Shown piece after piece: positions 29,600 through 39,190 of a DNA stretch of 64,000 nucleotides. Both the position numbers and the translations under genes were made by a program. The stretch spans positions 384,001-448,000 of the forward strand of contig OY761159.2 of the NCBI GenBank assembly GCA_963664395.2. The letters run 5' to 3'. The stretch is from Candidatus Binatia bacterium (GTDB taxonomy: Bacteria; Desulfobacterota; Binatia; Bin18). How positions within the stretch are numbered: position 1 is the first letter of the stretch; each line of letters starts with the position of its first letter. Below the pieces are notes generated by a model. That model saw only the letters and a list, made by a program, of their open reading frames with translations. It was not told the origin of the DNA and searched no databases.

Positions 29600-30232
29600 C
29601 TACCACGTATTCTCGTGGATCAGCTTCTCAAGCGGGATTTTCTTATTACCAGGTTTGCTCGGCTTTTCTGCGGGATAGCCGAGGGTGATGAGTCCGACCG
29701 GGCGGACGTGGTTGGGCAGTTGCAATATCCTGGTGACTTCTTCCGGGTTGTACGAGCCGACAAAACAGGCTCCCAGCCCTTGCTCAGTCGCGCCTAACAA
29801 AATCAGCAATGAGGCAAACGCAGTATCCACCAAACTGTAAAAAGCCCCGCGCGTACCGTATTTCTCGCCCATACGCTGGATATCGGCACAGGTGGCAATG
29901 ATAAGCGGCGCGGTGGCAACCGAGTTCTGACTCATCGCCGCCTTCGCCAGTTCGGCCCGGACCTCGGGGTCGCGCACCAGAATAAACTCCCACGGCTGGA
30001 GATTGCCCGCGCTAGGTGCGCGCACTGCGTAGCGCAGCAGTTTTTTGATCTCTTCTTCAGGGATCGGCCTGTCCTCGTACTTGCGGATCATGCGCCGGCG
30101 TTTCACGACCGCAGCGAAGCTGGCGGTATCGCCGTTTTCAACGGCGTGAGCCAGACTGTACGCCTGGCCGAGGAGGGCGGCGGTGCCGACTCCCTGAAGT
30201 ATATGCCGACGGGTAAGTGTTGTCCGAGACAT
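29600..30232 (-). CDS. Nitroreductase family protein with Tat-like signal peptide
   Basis: TRRHILQ twin-arginine; RRMIRKY, APSAGNLQPWEF, GLGACF, LGYP. Confidence 0.88.
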   Translation of the reverse strand: MSRTTLTRRHILQGVGTAALLGQAYSLAHAVENGDTASFAAVVKRRRMIRKYEDRPIPEEEIKKLLRYAVRAPSAGNLQPWEFILVRDPEVRAELAKAAMSQNSVATAPLIIATCADIQRMGEKYGTRGAFYSLVDTAFASLLILLGATEQGLGACFVGSYNPEEVTRILQLPNHVRPVGLITLGYPAEKPSKPGNKKIPLEKLIHENTW

Positions 30233-30240
30233 GTAGCGCG

Positions 30241-31344
30241 CTAACGATTCACAAATCGCAACACGCTCACTCCTCCGGTCTGCGAATGGCCCAGGGGGAC
30301 CTTGGTAATCAGGTCCAGGGATTCGGCGTCGTAGACCGCGACATCGTGCCAGTTGCTGCCGCAGTAGACCTTCTTGCCTTCGGGGTGAATGAGCGGCGCG
30401 AAATAGGTATTGGACAGGGGTATTTTTTTCTCAATGTGGCGTGTTTTGGGATCAACCTTCCACAAATTATTGTATGCAAAATATGCCTTGTTCGTATGCC
30501 GCGAGAGCGCACCAGTGATCACATAGTCACCCTCGACAAAGGGTTGGAGTTCAACAATTTTCAGTTCCGGGTCTTCCTGGGTGAGGTCAAGCGAGCCGAT
30601 GCCCAGCGTCGTCTGATTGGTAATGGAATCTTGGGTAAACGTACCAAAAGAGACAAGATGGCCACTTTCCTGATAGGTTCCGCCAAGCGGCAGGCCGTCG
30701 GTTCTCGTAATGCCACTGATGTTACGATTGGCAAGGGGAATGGTATCGAGCAGTGTTCCGTCTTCCGTACTATGCACAAAAATATCTTGCCCGACACTGA
30801 ACAAATAGAGGCGCTTTCCATCCTTTGAAGACGCAAGCCCCATCACCTGGCGGGGAGCAGGAAACGTTGTCGCCGTCTCATTGGTCTCCAGGTTGATGAC
30901 CCGTATCCGATTTTCTTGGGCAGTGTAGCGACCCAGGTCTTGCTTGATTGGCATTTCGTGCACGAACAGGCGGGTGCCTTGCGTATTCACATCGATCGCC
31001 ATGGTTCGCACGAGTTCATTGTCGTTCGACAAGTCAAAGCTCTTGACCTGCTTGCCCTCGTCCAGGTCAACCATGGCCACGCTTCTGGCCAGATTGTTCA
31101 CCACATAGGCAAACTGTGGCTGAGCAGGATTGGGCGCAATATACAGGGCCGGCCCTCGACCATTGAGGGCAATATCTTTGACGACCGTATCCGTTTCCGT
31201 ATCGACAATAACCAGATTATTCGGATGAGTGCTGGCCAAGAGATACCACTTTGCCCAGGCCGTCTGCGGAACGACCCCAAACAAGAAGAGAACACCCCAC
31301 ACAAGCTGCCTGTGTTTTGCGTGCACCACCCGCTCCTTCAGCAC
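30241..31344 (-). CDS. qhpB: Quinohemoprotein amine dehydrogenase beta subunit (beta-propeller)
   Basis: Signal peptide, HPNNLVIVD, FPAPRQV propeller repeats; directly downstream of qhpC. Confidence 0.82.
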   Translation of the reverse strand: MLKERVVHAKHRQLVWGVLFLFGVVPQTAWAKWYLLASTHPNNLVIVDTETDTVVKDIALNGRGPALYIAPNPAQPQFAYVVNNLARSVAMVDLDEGKQVKSFDLSNDNELVRTMAIDVNTQGTRLFVHEMPIKQDLGRYTAQENRIRVINLETNETATTFPAPRQVMGLASSKDGKRLYLFSVGQDIFVHSTEDGTLLDTIPLANRNISGITRTDGLPLGGTYQESGHLVSFGTFTQDSITNQTTLGIGSLDLTQEDPELKIVELQPFVEGDYVITGALSRHTNKAYFAYNNLWKVDPKTRHIEKKIPLSNTYFAPLIHPEGKKVYCGSNWHDVAVYDAESLDLITKVPLGHSQTGGVSVLRFVNR

Positions 31345-31375
31345 GATGCGTTAAGATACTTTTTCTGAGCCGGAC

Positions 31376-31717
31376 TTATTCGATTTTGGGAAAGACAACG
31401 TCCAGGTTGCGCCAGTCTTCCTGATTCATACCTGAGCAGCCTTTGGCCCACTCGGGCGAGTTCTGGAGGCTGTCCGGCACCTGAGCTGGCCACCAGCACA
31501 GATTCGAACAGCTCAGCAGGTCGGCTTCCATGGGGGCACACATGCTGCTTGCCCCGCCCCACGAATTCGCCTCCCAGCCTGGATTAAAGATGGTCGTGCA
31601 GCCAACAGGTTGCGCCATACCCACGACATCTTCCTCTACCTCTTTTTTGGTCGCGGATTTTTCCACAACGGCGGTGACGGCCACTGCTTTGCGATTCGCT
31701 GCTTTGAGGTGTTTCAT
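31376..31717 (-). CDS. qhpC: Quinohemoprotein amine dehydrogenase gamma subunit precursor (CTQ, Cys-Asp/Glu thioethers)
   Basis: MKHLK leader; GC..PGWE, C.PMEADL..C...CWWPAQVPD, DWRNL signature. Confidence 0.95.
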   Translation of the reverse strand: MKHLKAANRKAVAVTAVVEKSATKKEVEEDVVGMAQPVGCTTIFNPGWEANSWGGASSMCAPMEADLLSCSNLCWWPAQVPDSLQNSPEWAKGCSGMNQEDWRNLDVVFPKIE

Positions 31718-31735
31718 GCTCTGCTCCCCATGCCT

Positions 31736-32225
31736 TCAGGTCAGTTCTTTTGGTGCGTCTCCGCGTCCACGTAACACATAGTGCTCAATAAACCCAGGGT
31801 TTTGCTCTTGCAGCTGCATATACACGCCAATGCCATACTCCGTCCATTCCCGCAGGAAGTCGCAGTAGTGCAGGTTCGGCAAGCTCGCATCTCCAAACTC
31901 GGTCATGGCTTCATGATAACAGCCGCCGCCACACAGGCCACGGATCCAGCACGTTTGACATACCGGCTTATTGCCCAGGTGGGCACTGTTGATAAATGTA
32001 TTCAGACGGTCGTATTCAATGCCGTCTTTCACATTGCCGTATTTGTGCTCCTCGGTGCCGGGGAAACGGTGACATAAATACACATCGCCATTGCCATCAA
32101 CATCCAAGAGCCCCAAGCCAGCGCCACACGGAAAGAATTTGTTTGTTCCCAGGTGGATGTCAGTCAGCAAGGTACTCAAATTCGAGAAACCCGTGTATTG
32201 GTTGTTCAGCGCGCGCGCGACGTAG
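31736..32225 (-). pseudogene. qhpD: 3' fragment of QHNDH maturation radical SAM protein (SPASM domain only)
   Basis: GFSN, CGAG, LCHRF, CQTCWIRGLCGGGCYHE, HYC; CxxxCxxC core missing; homology appears to stop near 32225. Confidence 0.8.
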
Positions 32226-33334
32226 ACCCCGTCCGGCCCGATGGAGAGCATAGCGTGACCATCCGCTATGGTTCAGGAGAACGCATTCTGGCCGCGTTCT
32301 GCGTTGATGCGACCGGCCACGCTGGTATATACGCCCGACAGAACCTGCGCCAGCGGGACAGCGTCTTTCAAACGCTTGCCTTGACCGGCTATTGGCAAAA
32401 CGCGGCCAATCCACCTGGCGTAGACAGCGCCAACACCCTGCTTGAAGCCTATTCCGACGGCATGGTCTGGTCCGTCCCGCTGCATACCGGCCTGCGGAAT
32501 GTCACGCTGCTGATTGACTGGCAACAAAGCCTCGCCATGAAGCGGAGAGGCGTGCAACAGTTTTATAGGGAAGAACTCCGCAAAGCGGCGTATGTCTCGG
32601 GCTTTCTGGCTGAGGCGCACCTGCCCCACCCACCCCAGGTCTTTGATGCCAGCCTGTATACCGCGCGGCAGTTTGTCGCCGGCCGCACCCTCCTTGTCGG
32701 TGACGCCGGCCTGTTCATTGATCCCTTGTCCTCAGAAGGAGTCCGCAAAGCCATGGCATCCGCCATTACGGGCGCCGTGGTTATCAATACCCTACTCCAG
32801 CGACCCGCCATGCGGCCCCATGCCGCTGCGCTGTACGAAGCCGGTCAGCGAGATACCTATGATAGCCACTATCAGCAGTCGGTTCGCTATTACGCGGAAG
32901 AGGGCCGCTGGCCGGACCGACCCTTTTGGCAGCGCCGTCGCCTGCGCCCTGAGCCCGACGCGGTTCCCGCCGCTCCGCAGCCGCCGTCCACTGCCTTTTC
33001 TCCATTTGACTCACAGCCGGTCTCACACCTGGCGCTAACATCTGACGCGATTATCCAAGAACGGCCCGTTATTGAGGGCTCTTATGTTGAGCTCCGGCCT
33101 GCCGTTGTCACCCCGCGTCACCCGCGGGGTCTGCGCTTTCTGTCTGGGGTGAACGTCCCGACCCTGCTGCACTGTGTTCAGAAACACCGCGCTGTGCCTG
33201 ACATTCTGGAGGCGTATCAGCGTCATCCTGACGGGCAGCAGAGCCTTCCGCCCCAAATCCGTCAGGTCCTGGCCCAGCTGTATCAAGAGGGCCTGCTTAG
33301 ACCGACATCGCCAGACGAAAGCCAATCAGATTGA
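32212..33334 (+). pseudogene. qhpG: 3' part of FAD-dependent halogenase-like monooxygenase (QhpG-like) with C-terminal winged-helix domain
   Basis: VDATG, WSVPL, VGDAGLFIDPLSSEGV; N-terminal GxGxxG absent; next to qhp genes. Confidence 0.7.
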
Positions 33335-34022
33335 AACGAAAATTGGGATTATTGCGGAAACGGTACGACACGCGGCAAAACTCGGGGAAGAGCAGCCAGG
33401 CTCCGCCGCGCAACACCTTGACTGTTCCAGTCGCCGGGCCCTGCGGGTCTGCGGTCGGGGAGACCGCGTAGTACTGCGGAGCGTACCAGTCCGCCACCCA
33501 CTCCCAGACGTTACCGGCCAGGTCATACAGACCGTAGTTATTGGGCGGATAGCTTCCGACCGGGGTTGCCCCGGCCGGATTGTCATAATTTGCCAGGTCC
33601 CGATTGATCCCGTCTCCCCACGGATAGGGCTGGTCTGCCAGTCCGCCACGGGCGGCGCTCTCCCATTCGGCCTCGGTCGGCAGTCGTCCCCCGGCCCAGG
33701 CACAGTACGCCTGGGCGTCGTGCCAACTCACCAGAACCACCGGATGGTCTTCTCGCCCTGGCGGCGGTGCGTTGCGCTCCTGGTCCCAATTCTCGCGTTC
33801 CACCCGGGCGTCATCCAGATAGGGCAACCGATGGCCGGTGGCCAGGATAAACTGCCGGTACTGTGCATTCGTCACCGGCCGTTGAGCAATATAAAAACTC
33901 CCCAGCGAGACCCGATGGGGCGGACGTTCGGGCTGCGTCCCGCTCTCGCTTCCCATGCAATACTCCCCCGTAGGGATGCGGATCAGCGAACTGCCATCTT
34001 TTGGGTTGACCAAATTAGCCAT
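33297..34022 (-). CDS. Formylglycine-generating enzyme / SUMF1 domain protein
   Basis: VTNAQY, HPVVLVSWHDA, RLPTEAEWE, GLYDLAGNVWEW, RGGAW, IGFR. Confidence 0.92.
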   Translation of the reverse strand: MANLVNPKDGSSLIRIPTGEYCMGSESGTQPERPPHRVSLGSFYIAQRPVTNAQYRQFILATGHRLPYLDDARVERENWDQERNAPPPGREDHPVVLVSWHDAQAYCAWAGGRLPTEAEWESAARGGLADQPYPWGDGINRDLANYDNPAGATPVGSYPPNNYGLYDLAGNVWEWVADWYAPQYYAVSPTADPQGPATGTVKVLRGGAWLLFPEFCRVSYRFRNNPNFRFNLIGFRLAMSV

Positions 34023-34046
34023 GAAAAATCATCCCTGAAAAGCCAT

Positions 34047-34553
34047 TCATGAGTTGACCAGTCGATAATCGCGACCCAATGAGTCAAAGAGCCCAGCCAG
34101 GGCGCTTTCAACGCTGCGTTTCAGCCCTGCTCGCGGAACCATGCTCAATGTCCCTTCAGTCCAGGTTGGAGCCATTAAGTGGACCTGCTCGGTTCGCTTC
34201 AAATGGACGACTTGTTGCACTTGCAGTTCGAGCGAATAGGCCAACACGGCGGCGGGATGTTCCACGACCCGGAGCGCAATATTCAGCACGGCGGGGAAAT
34301 CTCCGCTCGTCAGCGCATTGTGGCGCAGATGCGTGACAGCCAGCGTGCGCAGCCGGGTTTCTGAAAACCCAAGCCGCCGCGCCGGAGGGCTAATGGCCGC
34401 AATAGCAACCCGAAAACCTTTAATCCCAAACAGCGTCGTGGCATCAGACCGGAGGCCGGAAACCGGGGCGGGCCAGACAAGGCAGACGAGCAGACACAGC
34501 AGGCGTGCGACTCCTGCGAGGGGGGGGATGTGTACCGAGAACGGCAATCTCAT
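34047..34553 (-). CDS. Hypothetical exported protein
   Basis: Hydrophobic signal-like N-terminus; in series with flanking minus-strand genes. Confidence 0.55.
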   Translation of the reverse strand: MRLPFSVHIPPLAGVARLLCLLVCLVWPAPVSGLRSDATTLFGIKGFRVAIAAISPPARRLGFSETRLRTLAVTHLRHNALTSGDFPAVLNIALRVVEHPAAVLAYSLELQVQQVVHLKRTEQVHLMAPTWTEGTLSMVPRAGLKRSVESALAGLFDSLGRDYRLVNS

Positions 34554-34558
34554 GCCAC

Positions 34559-35041
34559 TTAATTTGGCTGGGCGCTCTGGGCGGCTGTCTGGGCGGCGGC
34601 TTGTTGTTTTGCAAGCTGAAGGTCAACCGCCTTTTCGACTAAAGCGAACAGGCGCTGATTTTTTTCCGCCGGCAGCGTCCGCAGCGCCTTTTGGATCAAC
34701 CCGCCCATCTCCGTCACCTCCCGCTCGCCGGCCTCGGCTCCACGCTGCCTCAGCTCCTCAAATCTCAGTCCTTCCCGCTCGGGTAGCAACCGCAGGGCCT
34801 CAGCATACAGCGCGTCCATTTCGGCCCGCTCGGCGGGCGCCAAAAGCCGGCGTCCGGCCTGGGAGAGCCGCATCCCGCGTTTTGCCGCGGGCAGCCCTCG
34901 GGCTTGCAGGACACTCTGCAAGGTCTCTTTGGGTGGGGTGCGATAGCGATAGGTAATCGTCACCGCCACCACGCCTATGGTCAGGAGTCCTATCACCAGG
35001 AAAATGCCTTTAGGCGAGCGCGAAGCAGCTGTCGTTGCCAT
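34559..35041 (-). CDS. Hypothetical membrane-anchored helical protein
   Basis: Single TM (GIFLVIGLLTIGVVAVTI) then helical repeats. Confidence 0.6.
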   Translation of the reverse strand: MATTAASRSPKGIFLVIGLLTIGVVAVTITYRYRTPPKETLQSVLQARGLPAAKRGMRLSQAGRRLLAPAERAEMDALYAEALRLLPEREGLRFEELRQRGAEAGEREVTEMGGLIQKALRTLPAEKNQRLFALVEKAVDLQLAKQQAAAQTAAQSAQPN

Positions 35042-35150
35042 GCACACCTTGTACGCGATTCGACAAGAAATGAGTAGGGGAGGATACGTCGATTGCCCAG
35101 GAGGTGGTCAACTTTCATCGCAGTGGGAGAGGCGGTATGCTTTCCAGTCC

Positions 35151-35747
35151 ATGGCCGAAGAGCGTATCTTTCCTCTGCCCGACCTCAGCGGCCGTCTTGC
35201 CGTTCTGGGTGGACAGCCGCGCGACCGGACCGAGTTGTGCATCAGCCTCGCCCTGCGTCAAGCGAGCCAACACGGCGTGGTGGTGTGTGTGGACGCCCAC
35301 GGTCGTCAGCAACTCGAAATGCCCTTTCGCCTCCTGCTGCGTGAAGACGCAGCCTATATTTCTCTTCCAGCGGATGGCAAAGTTTCAGATGACATAGCGC
35401 AGCAGGTGCTTCAGACACTTCAGAACGGTTTCCGTCATGCGACGCCCCTCTCACCCCTCCTCCTCCTTGACGGAGTACGAGAGACTGCCGACTGGGAGCA
35501 CACGCTCACGTTCTTCTTGCGCGCAGGCATTGTTGTTGTCGAATTTCTGCCAAGCCCGGAAAGTCTCGTCTTTGGGCGGTACGAGACGACGCTGCTCTTG
35601 CGCTCAACAGGAGCTGAGGCTGAGGCGATCAGTCAGACCGTCGGCAGAAAAGTCTCGTCCGAAAATCTGGCGGTGTTGAAACCAGGAGAGGGGTATTTCA
35701 TCCACCTGTCGCGGGTGTATCGGGTGCAATTCCCGAAGCATCTCTAA
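35151..35747 (+). CDS. Hypothetical protein with degenerate P-loop NTPase-like fold
   Basis: LAVLGGQPRDRT, VVCVDAHG, LLLLDG, LKPGEGY. Confidence 0.5.
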   Translation: MAEERIFPLPDLSGRLAVLGGQPRDRTELCISLALRQASQHGVVVCVDAHGRQQLEMPFRLLLREDAAYISLPADGKVSDDIAQQVLQTLQNGFRHATPLSPLLLLDGVRETADWEHTLTFFLRAGIVVVEFLPSPESLVFGRYETTLLLRSTGAEAEAISQTVGRKVSSENLAVLKPGEGYFIHLSRVYRVQFPKHL

Positions 35748-35864
35748 GCACCTGATACGTTCGACCGAGGCGGACATGGAGATCGCCTAGCTTGAGAGCG
35801 TTCGTTGACAACACCGAGCCGGACCCGCCATAATCCCGTGCCAATAAATAAAGGGAGGGCGGAT

Positions 35865-36857
35865 ATGCGGGTGGTGATTCTCGGAGCCGGTGGGGTGGGT
35901 TCGGTTGTGGCTGGGCATCTCGCGCGCAATGGCGTAGACGCCATTATGATCGCCCGGCCAGGGCACGCTCAGGCCGTACGGCAAAATGGTCTCCAACTCA
36001 CCGGACTGTCTGATTTTCGTGTCCGAGTGCCTGCGTATGCTGATGCTTCAGCAATAGACACGGCCGATGTCGTGTTGATTACCGTGAAGACCAGGGACAT
36101 GCAGCCCGCGTTGGAGGGCGTCAAACATCTCCACGTTGGCGCTGTCGCGTCCCTCCAAAATGGAGTTGTGAAGAACGCTCATATGATCCGCGTTTTTGGT
36201 GCAGACAAAGTCGTTGGCGCAACAACCATGATCGGTGCAACCCTCGTCCGGGATGGCGAGGTCAATTACACGCTTGATGGTATTACCTTCTTTGGCGAAC
36301 CGGAGGGCACTCGCTCAGAGCGAGTTGATCGCATTGCTCAGGCGTTTGTTGACGCCGGACTCAAGGCTGCGGCGGTCGAGAATATCGTCTCAATCGAATG
36401 GACGAAGCAAGCCATCCAAAACCCCTTTGCCCCGTTGTCCGCCATGACCCGCCTGCCGGTCCATCTGGTTTGGTCGAGCCCGGAACTGGCTACCCTCTCA
36501 GTCCATATGTTTCGAGAAGTCGCGGCCGTTGCCGATGCGCTCGGCATTCCGCTGTCCGAACATCCGGCCTGGAGCCTGTTCAACCAGCAGACGCTTCGGG
36601 ACGCCCCATTCGACGAGGCAGTACAAATGCTCGTCGGGGTGGGCCAACAGGTGGCACGGAGCGGGCGGACACATATCATTCCGTCCATGCTCCAGGATGT
36701 GCTGGCAGGAAAAAAAACAGAGATCGAAGAAACCGTCGGCCACGTCTTCAAGGAAGGCCAACGCCTCGGCATTCCCGTTCCCTACACCGAGTTTGCCTAT
36801 CGTGCGGTCAGAGCCATACAGGATCAGTACCCCGCCCGGCTTGACACAGCTGAGTGA
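35865..36857 (+). CDS. Ketopantoate reductase family protein
   Basis: ILGAGGVG, TVK, SLQNG, WTK, SMLQD...KTEIE. Confidence 0.88.
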   Translation: MRVVILGAGGVGSVVAGHLARNGVDAIMIARPGHAQAVRQNGLQLTGLSDFRVRVPAYADASAIDTADVVLITVKTRDMQPALEGVKHLHVGAVASLQNGVVKNAHMIRVFGADKVVGATTMIGATLVRDGEVNYTLDGITFFGEPEGTRSERVDRIAQAFVDAGLKAAAVENIVSIEWTKQAIQNPFAPLSAMTRLPVHLVWSSPELATLSVHMFREVAAVADALGIPLSEHPAWSLFNQQTLRDAPFDEAVQMLVGVGQQVARSGRTHIIPSMLQDVLAGKKTEIEETVGHVFKEGQRLGIPVPYTEFAYRAVRAIQDQYPARLDTAE

Positions 36858-36883
36858 AGGCCGTTCGCGCCTGTCCCCTCCCT

Positions 36884-38092
36884 TTATGAGGCGGGGATAC
36901 GCAGCACCCTGCCCACCTGAATACGGTGACTACGGAGGTTGTTGATCCGTACTAGGGTCGCAATCGTTGTATTGTAGCGTTGCGCAATGCCACCCAGAGT
37001 GTCCCCCCATTGCACCCGGTAGAGCGTCGTCTCGGTCCGGCCGGTGGGAATCCGCAGCACCGCGCCTATGTTAATCTGGGTTCCGCGCAGGCTGTTTGCT
37101 TCCCTCAGAGCACGCACCGTCGTCCCATAACGCCGGGCAATTTTCTCCAGGGAATCTCCGCGACGCACGGTATACCGGAGGTTCGGCTCGTTTTTCTTTT
37201 CTTTCGCGTCCCGCCCGGCGGCAGAAGGCATCTGTGGCGGCAGGGACGCCACCGTCCGTCTATCCGGCGCTGCCGCCGGGGGCGTTGGAAGGGTGATTTC
37301 TTTTCCAGCCGTGAGCGGATGCAAGTACCATAGCTGATGCTGCTGACGAAACGTCTGCGGATCGACCTGAAAGACGTTGGCTAGCAGCTCGGGCGTATCT
37401 CCAATACGAACCACGTACACCGGCTTTTCCCCCACACCGACCAAGTCCGCAGGTACCTCCGTGGGATAGGCAACAGTCGAGCCTCCTTGGAGAAAACGCT
37501 TCGCCAGCATCGGGTTGTACAAACGCAGGACGGTTAGTGTGAGCCGAAGGGCCTGGGCCATGGATTCCCACGACTCCCCGGGGTGGACTTTTCTGAGCTC
37601 GAGCTGTCCTGCTCGGCGACGCACTTCGGGCTCATATTCCTGCAAAACGGATTTATAATACCCAATGCTCACAACATATTGCAGCGTCTTGAAGTGGATA
37701 GGCTCGTCTTCTCGCACCCGGTCGGGACCGAGCTTATAGGCGGCCAGCACATAGTCCTCCCGCGCGAACTGATTTTGCAACTGCGCCAGGTATTGTATAC
37801 TGGCTTCAATATTGGTTGGACTGCCGAGTAAGTGGACGATTCCGGGGGGTATTTGGAAATACCCGACACCTCCGCCCGGGGAGACCCACTCCGCATTCCC
37901 GCCCGATTCCTGTAGAATCACGGCCCGAGCCAGCCGATGGTCCACCCCGTAGCGGGCCGCATGGGTGAAGAGTTCAGTCTCGATCTCAATGGTCTTGCGG
38001 TACATACCCAAGAGCGCAGGGGAAATATCCGCGGTCGCCCAAGCTGACTGCACCCAGAGCATACCGCTCAGAAACACTATCCAGCATGTCAT
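36884..38092 (-). CDS. Lytic transglycosylase (SLT) with multiple LysM domains
   Basis: AVILQESGG, GYFQI, LAAY; YTVRRGDSL and YRVQWGDTL LysM repeats. Confidence 0.88.
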   Translation of the reverse strand: MTCWIVFLSGMLWVQSAWATADISPALLGMYRKTIEIETELFTHAARYGVDHRLARAVILQESGGNAEWVSPGGGVGYFQIPPGIVHLLGSPTNIEASIQYLAQLQNQFAREDYVLAAYKLGPDRVREDEPIHFKTLQYVVSIGYYKSVLQEYEPEVRRRAGQLELRKVHPGESWESMAQALRLTLTVLRLYNPMLAKRFLQGGSTVAYPTEVPADLVGVGEKPVYVVRIGDTPELLANVFQVDPQTFRQQHQLWYLHPLTAGKEITLPTPPAAAPDRRTVASLPPQMPSAAGRDAKEKKNEPNLRYTVRRGDSLEKIARRYGTTVRALREANSLRGTQINIGAVLRIPTGRTETTLYRVQWGDTLGGIAQRYNTTIATLVRINNLRSHRIQVGRVLRIPAS

Positions 38093-38318
38093 TCTTCATC
38101 CTCCAGCCTTGCTGAAGTGGGGTCTCAGTATACTCAGAATAGCCTGAGAAGGAAAGAATAATGCCCCATGACGATGTTGAGTGACATCGTCCAGCCCCCG
38201 GTATTTTCTCACCGTACTTGATCCCGGTATAATAATGTTTACATTCTTCTGAAATGCGTTGCGCTGTTTTTCTCATTGAGGAACAGGCTGTACCATATAC
38301 AAGAAAGTCTCTTCTCTC

Positions 38319-38951
38319 GTGCTTGAATTGTTTTCGGCATCCACCATTGATTACTGGGTTTCTTACCTCACGTACTCACCCTATATGGCCGTCTTTCTGT
38401 TGCTTATTGCAGGGATATGGTTCATCCCGTTAGCAGAAGAAATCGCACTGGTTGCAGCTGGCTATCTCTACTACTCAGATCAGGTTCAGCTTACCACCAT
38501 GCTCATGCTGCTCGGCCTTGGCGTTTTTTGCGGCGATTTTGTTGGTTTTTGGGTGGGACGCCGTTGGCGGGGCAGCAGTCCACGCGCAGCATTTCCCTTT
38601 CTCCATCACAGCAAATGGGTCGAGCGATTCAAGACCTGGCTTGACCAGCATCGGAATCGGGCGCTTTTTCTGATCCGCTTCTTGCCCGGCCTGCGACTCC
38701 CTGCACATATTATTGTTGGTGCGCACGGGATGCCGACGCCTATCTATGTCCGGATTTCTCTGATTGCCGTCGTTGTCTACGTACCGATCATTTTTACGCT
38801 GGCCTATTCTTTTGGCGCCGAGATTGACGCCGCCCTCGTTTCTATCCAGCGTCTTGGGCACGTTGCGTGGGGCCTGCTTCTCGTCGCTGTTATCGTGTGG
38901 AGCCTCATTCGGTTCTGGATTACCCGGCAGTCCCTTTTCGACCAACCCTAG
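38319..38951 (+). CDS. DedA family membrane protein
   Basis: PLAEE, GDFVGFWVGR, RFLPGLR. Confidence 0.9.
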   Translation: MLELFSASTIDYWVSYLTYSPYMAVFLLLIAGIWFIPLAEEIALVAAGYLYYSDQVQLTTMLMLLGLGVFCGDFVGFWVGRRWRGSSPRAAFPFLHHSKWVERFKTWLDQHRNRALFLIRFLPGLRLPAHIIVGAHGMPTPIYVRISLIAVVVYVPIIFTLAYSFGAEIDAALVSIQRLGHVAWGLLLVAVIVWSLIRFWITRQSLFDQP

Positions 38952-39065
38952 TAGGGGCGATGCGTGAACCGCTCGCTTATGTCACAACCGACCGCATTGA
39001 GTCAGAGCGCGGTTTTCCGTATGGTAGGGGCCTGCAATCAAACCGTTTCAATTGGAGGAGACGAA

Positions 39066-39164
39066 ATGGAAAATCAGGGACAAGGACCGGCCTGGGTTGT
39101 TTTTCTGCTGTGGATGCTCGCCCCCTTGCTGCTCTTCTTTCTTATTTTGACCTTTACCGGCTAG
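39066..39164 (+). CDS. Putative 32-aa single-TM small protein
   Basis: GGAGGAG RBS, then MENQGQGPAWVVFLLWMLAPLLLFFLILTFTG. Confidence 0.5.
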   Translation: MENQGQGPAWVVFLLWMLAPLLLFFLILTFTG

Positions 39165-39190
39165 CAGTATTATTCAGAGAAGGAGCAATA

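Noticed and set aside
24900-29600. Prophage, ICE or IS as carrier of the island
   Set aside because: No integrase, transposase, tRNA target or terminal repeats recognised
31736-33334. Two intact overlapping divergent genes, as the ORF track suggests
   Set aside because: Both lack essential N-terminal domains; their apparent starts are antisense read-through of the other gene
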